A stretch of DNA of 63,132 nt, counting the filler, from Octopus bimaculoides (Eukaryota), in assembly GCF_001194135.2 (NCBI RefSeq). It is 5 parts of 5 records of this genome, joined end to end, with 100 filler letters (N's around TTAATTAATTAA, not from the genome) between each part and the next. Parts side by side here need not be neighbours in the genome. Positions count along the whole stretch, not along the records: positions 60,396 to 63,132 come from NC_068993.1; 4 more parts are not named here. One strand, written 5' to 3'. A model generated the notes under the pieces. The model did no database searches and had not been told where the DNA came from. It saw only the letters and a list, made by a program, of their open reading frames with translations. Positions 62,865 through 63,132 of the stretch are shown one piece after another (position 1 is the first letter of the stretch; each line of letters starts with the position of its first letter). Position numbers and translations under genes: made by a program.

Positions 62865-63132
62865 CATACTCTGGGATATGCCAATACACACAGATAGAGA
62901 AATTAAGGTAAATAGACCAGATATAGTTGTCAAAGATCATGAAGAGAAAAAATGCTTTCTAATTGATGTATCAATACCAGCAGATGACAACGTTTCCCTA
63001 AAAGAAATGGAAAAACTTTCAAAATACAAAGACCGGGAAATAGAGGTAACTCGAATGTGGAATCTAAAAACAGAAACAATTCCTATCATAGTAGGTGCCT
63101 TAGGTATAATAAAAAAATATTCAGACAAATAC
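62863..63132 (+). mobile_element. 5'-truncated R4/Dong-clade non-LTR element, REL endonuclease domain, open to the window end
   Basis: TILWDMPIHTDREIKVNRPDIVVKDHEEKKCFLIDVSIP...KEMEKLSKYKDREIE...PIIVGALG: PD..D..K restriction-like endonuclease motif; 90 uninterrupted codons. Confidence 0.85.

Noticed and set aside
1-63132. CRISPR arrays, operons or prokaryotic defence systems
   Set aside because: The sequence is eukaryotic with spliceosomal introns; no regularly spaced repeat-spacer array is present.

Overview
AT-rich, microsatellite-dense eukaryotic (metazoan) DNA. The repeat families are most consistent with an octopus/coleoid cephalopod; this is an inference from recalled repeat consensus sequences, not from a search. 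Four identical 100-nt artificial spacers (44N-TTAATTAATTAA-44N) split the window into five assembly segments, so contiguity across them is unproven. Two spliced protein-coding genes can be reconstructed by hand, both largely missed by the ORF track: PBDC1 on the minus strand (4 coding exons, 4465-16049, 5' exon missing) and an LRRC74-like leucine-rich-repeat gene on the plus strand (5 coding exons, 49007-58311, 3' part missing). The rest is mostly transposon debris: RTE LINEs and their 3' UTRs, Penelope-like elements (one with a decayed hammerhead ribozyme), R4/Dong-type REL LINEs, a Helitron Rep/helicase fragment, Tc1/mariner (maT, Tc1, pogo/Tigger) relics, MITEs and several tRNA-derived SINE families. 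I found no convincing novel multi-gene system. The most interesting signals are structural: a 513-bp chimeric inverted duplication, near-identical inverted RTE tails flanking two LRR exons, a Merlin-like MITE carrying TTAGGG repeats, a Penelope hammerhead relic, and a TAATG stop/start overlap at the LRRC74-like start.
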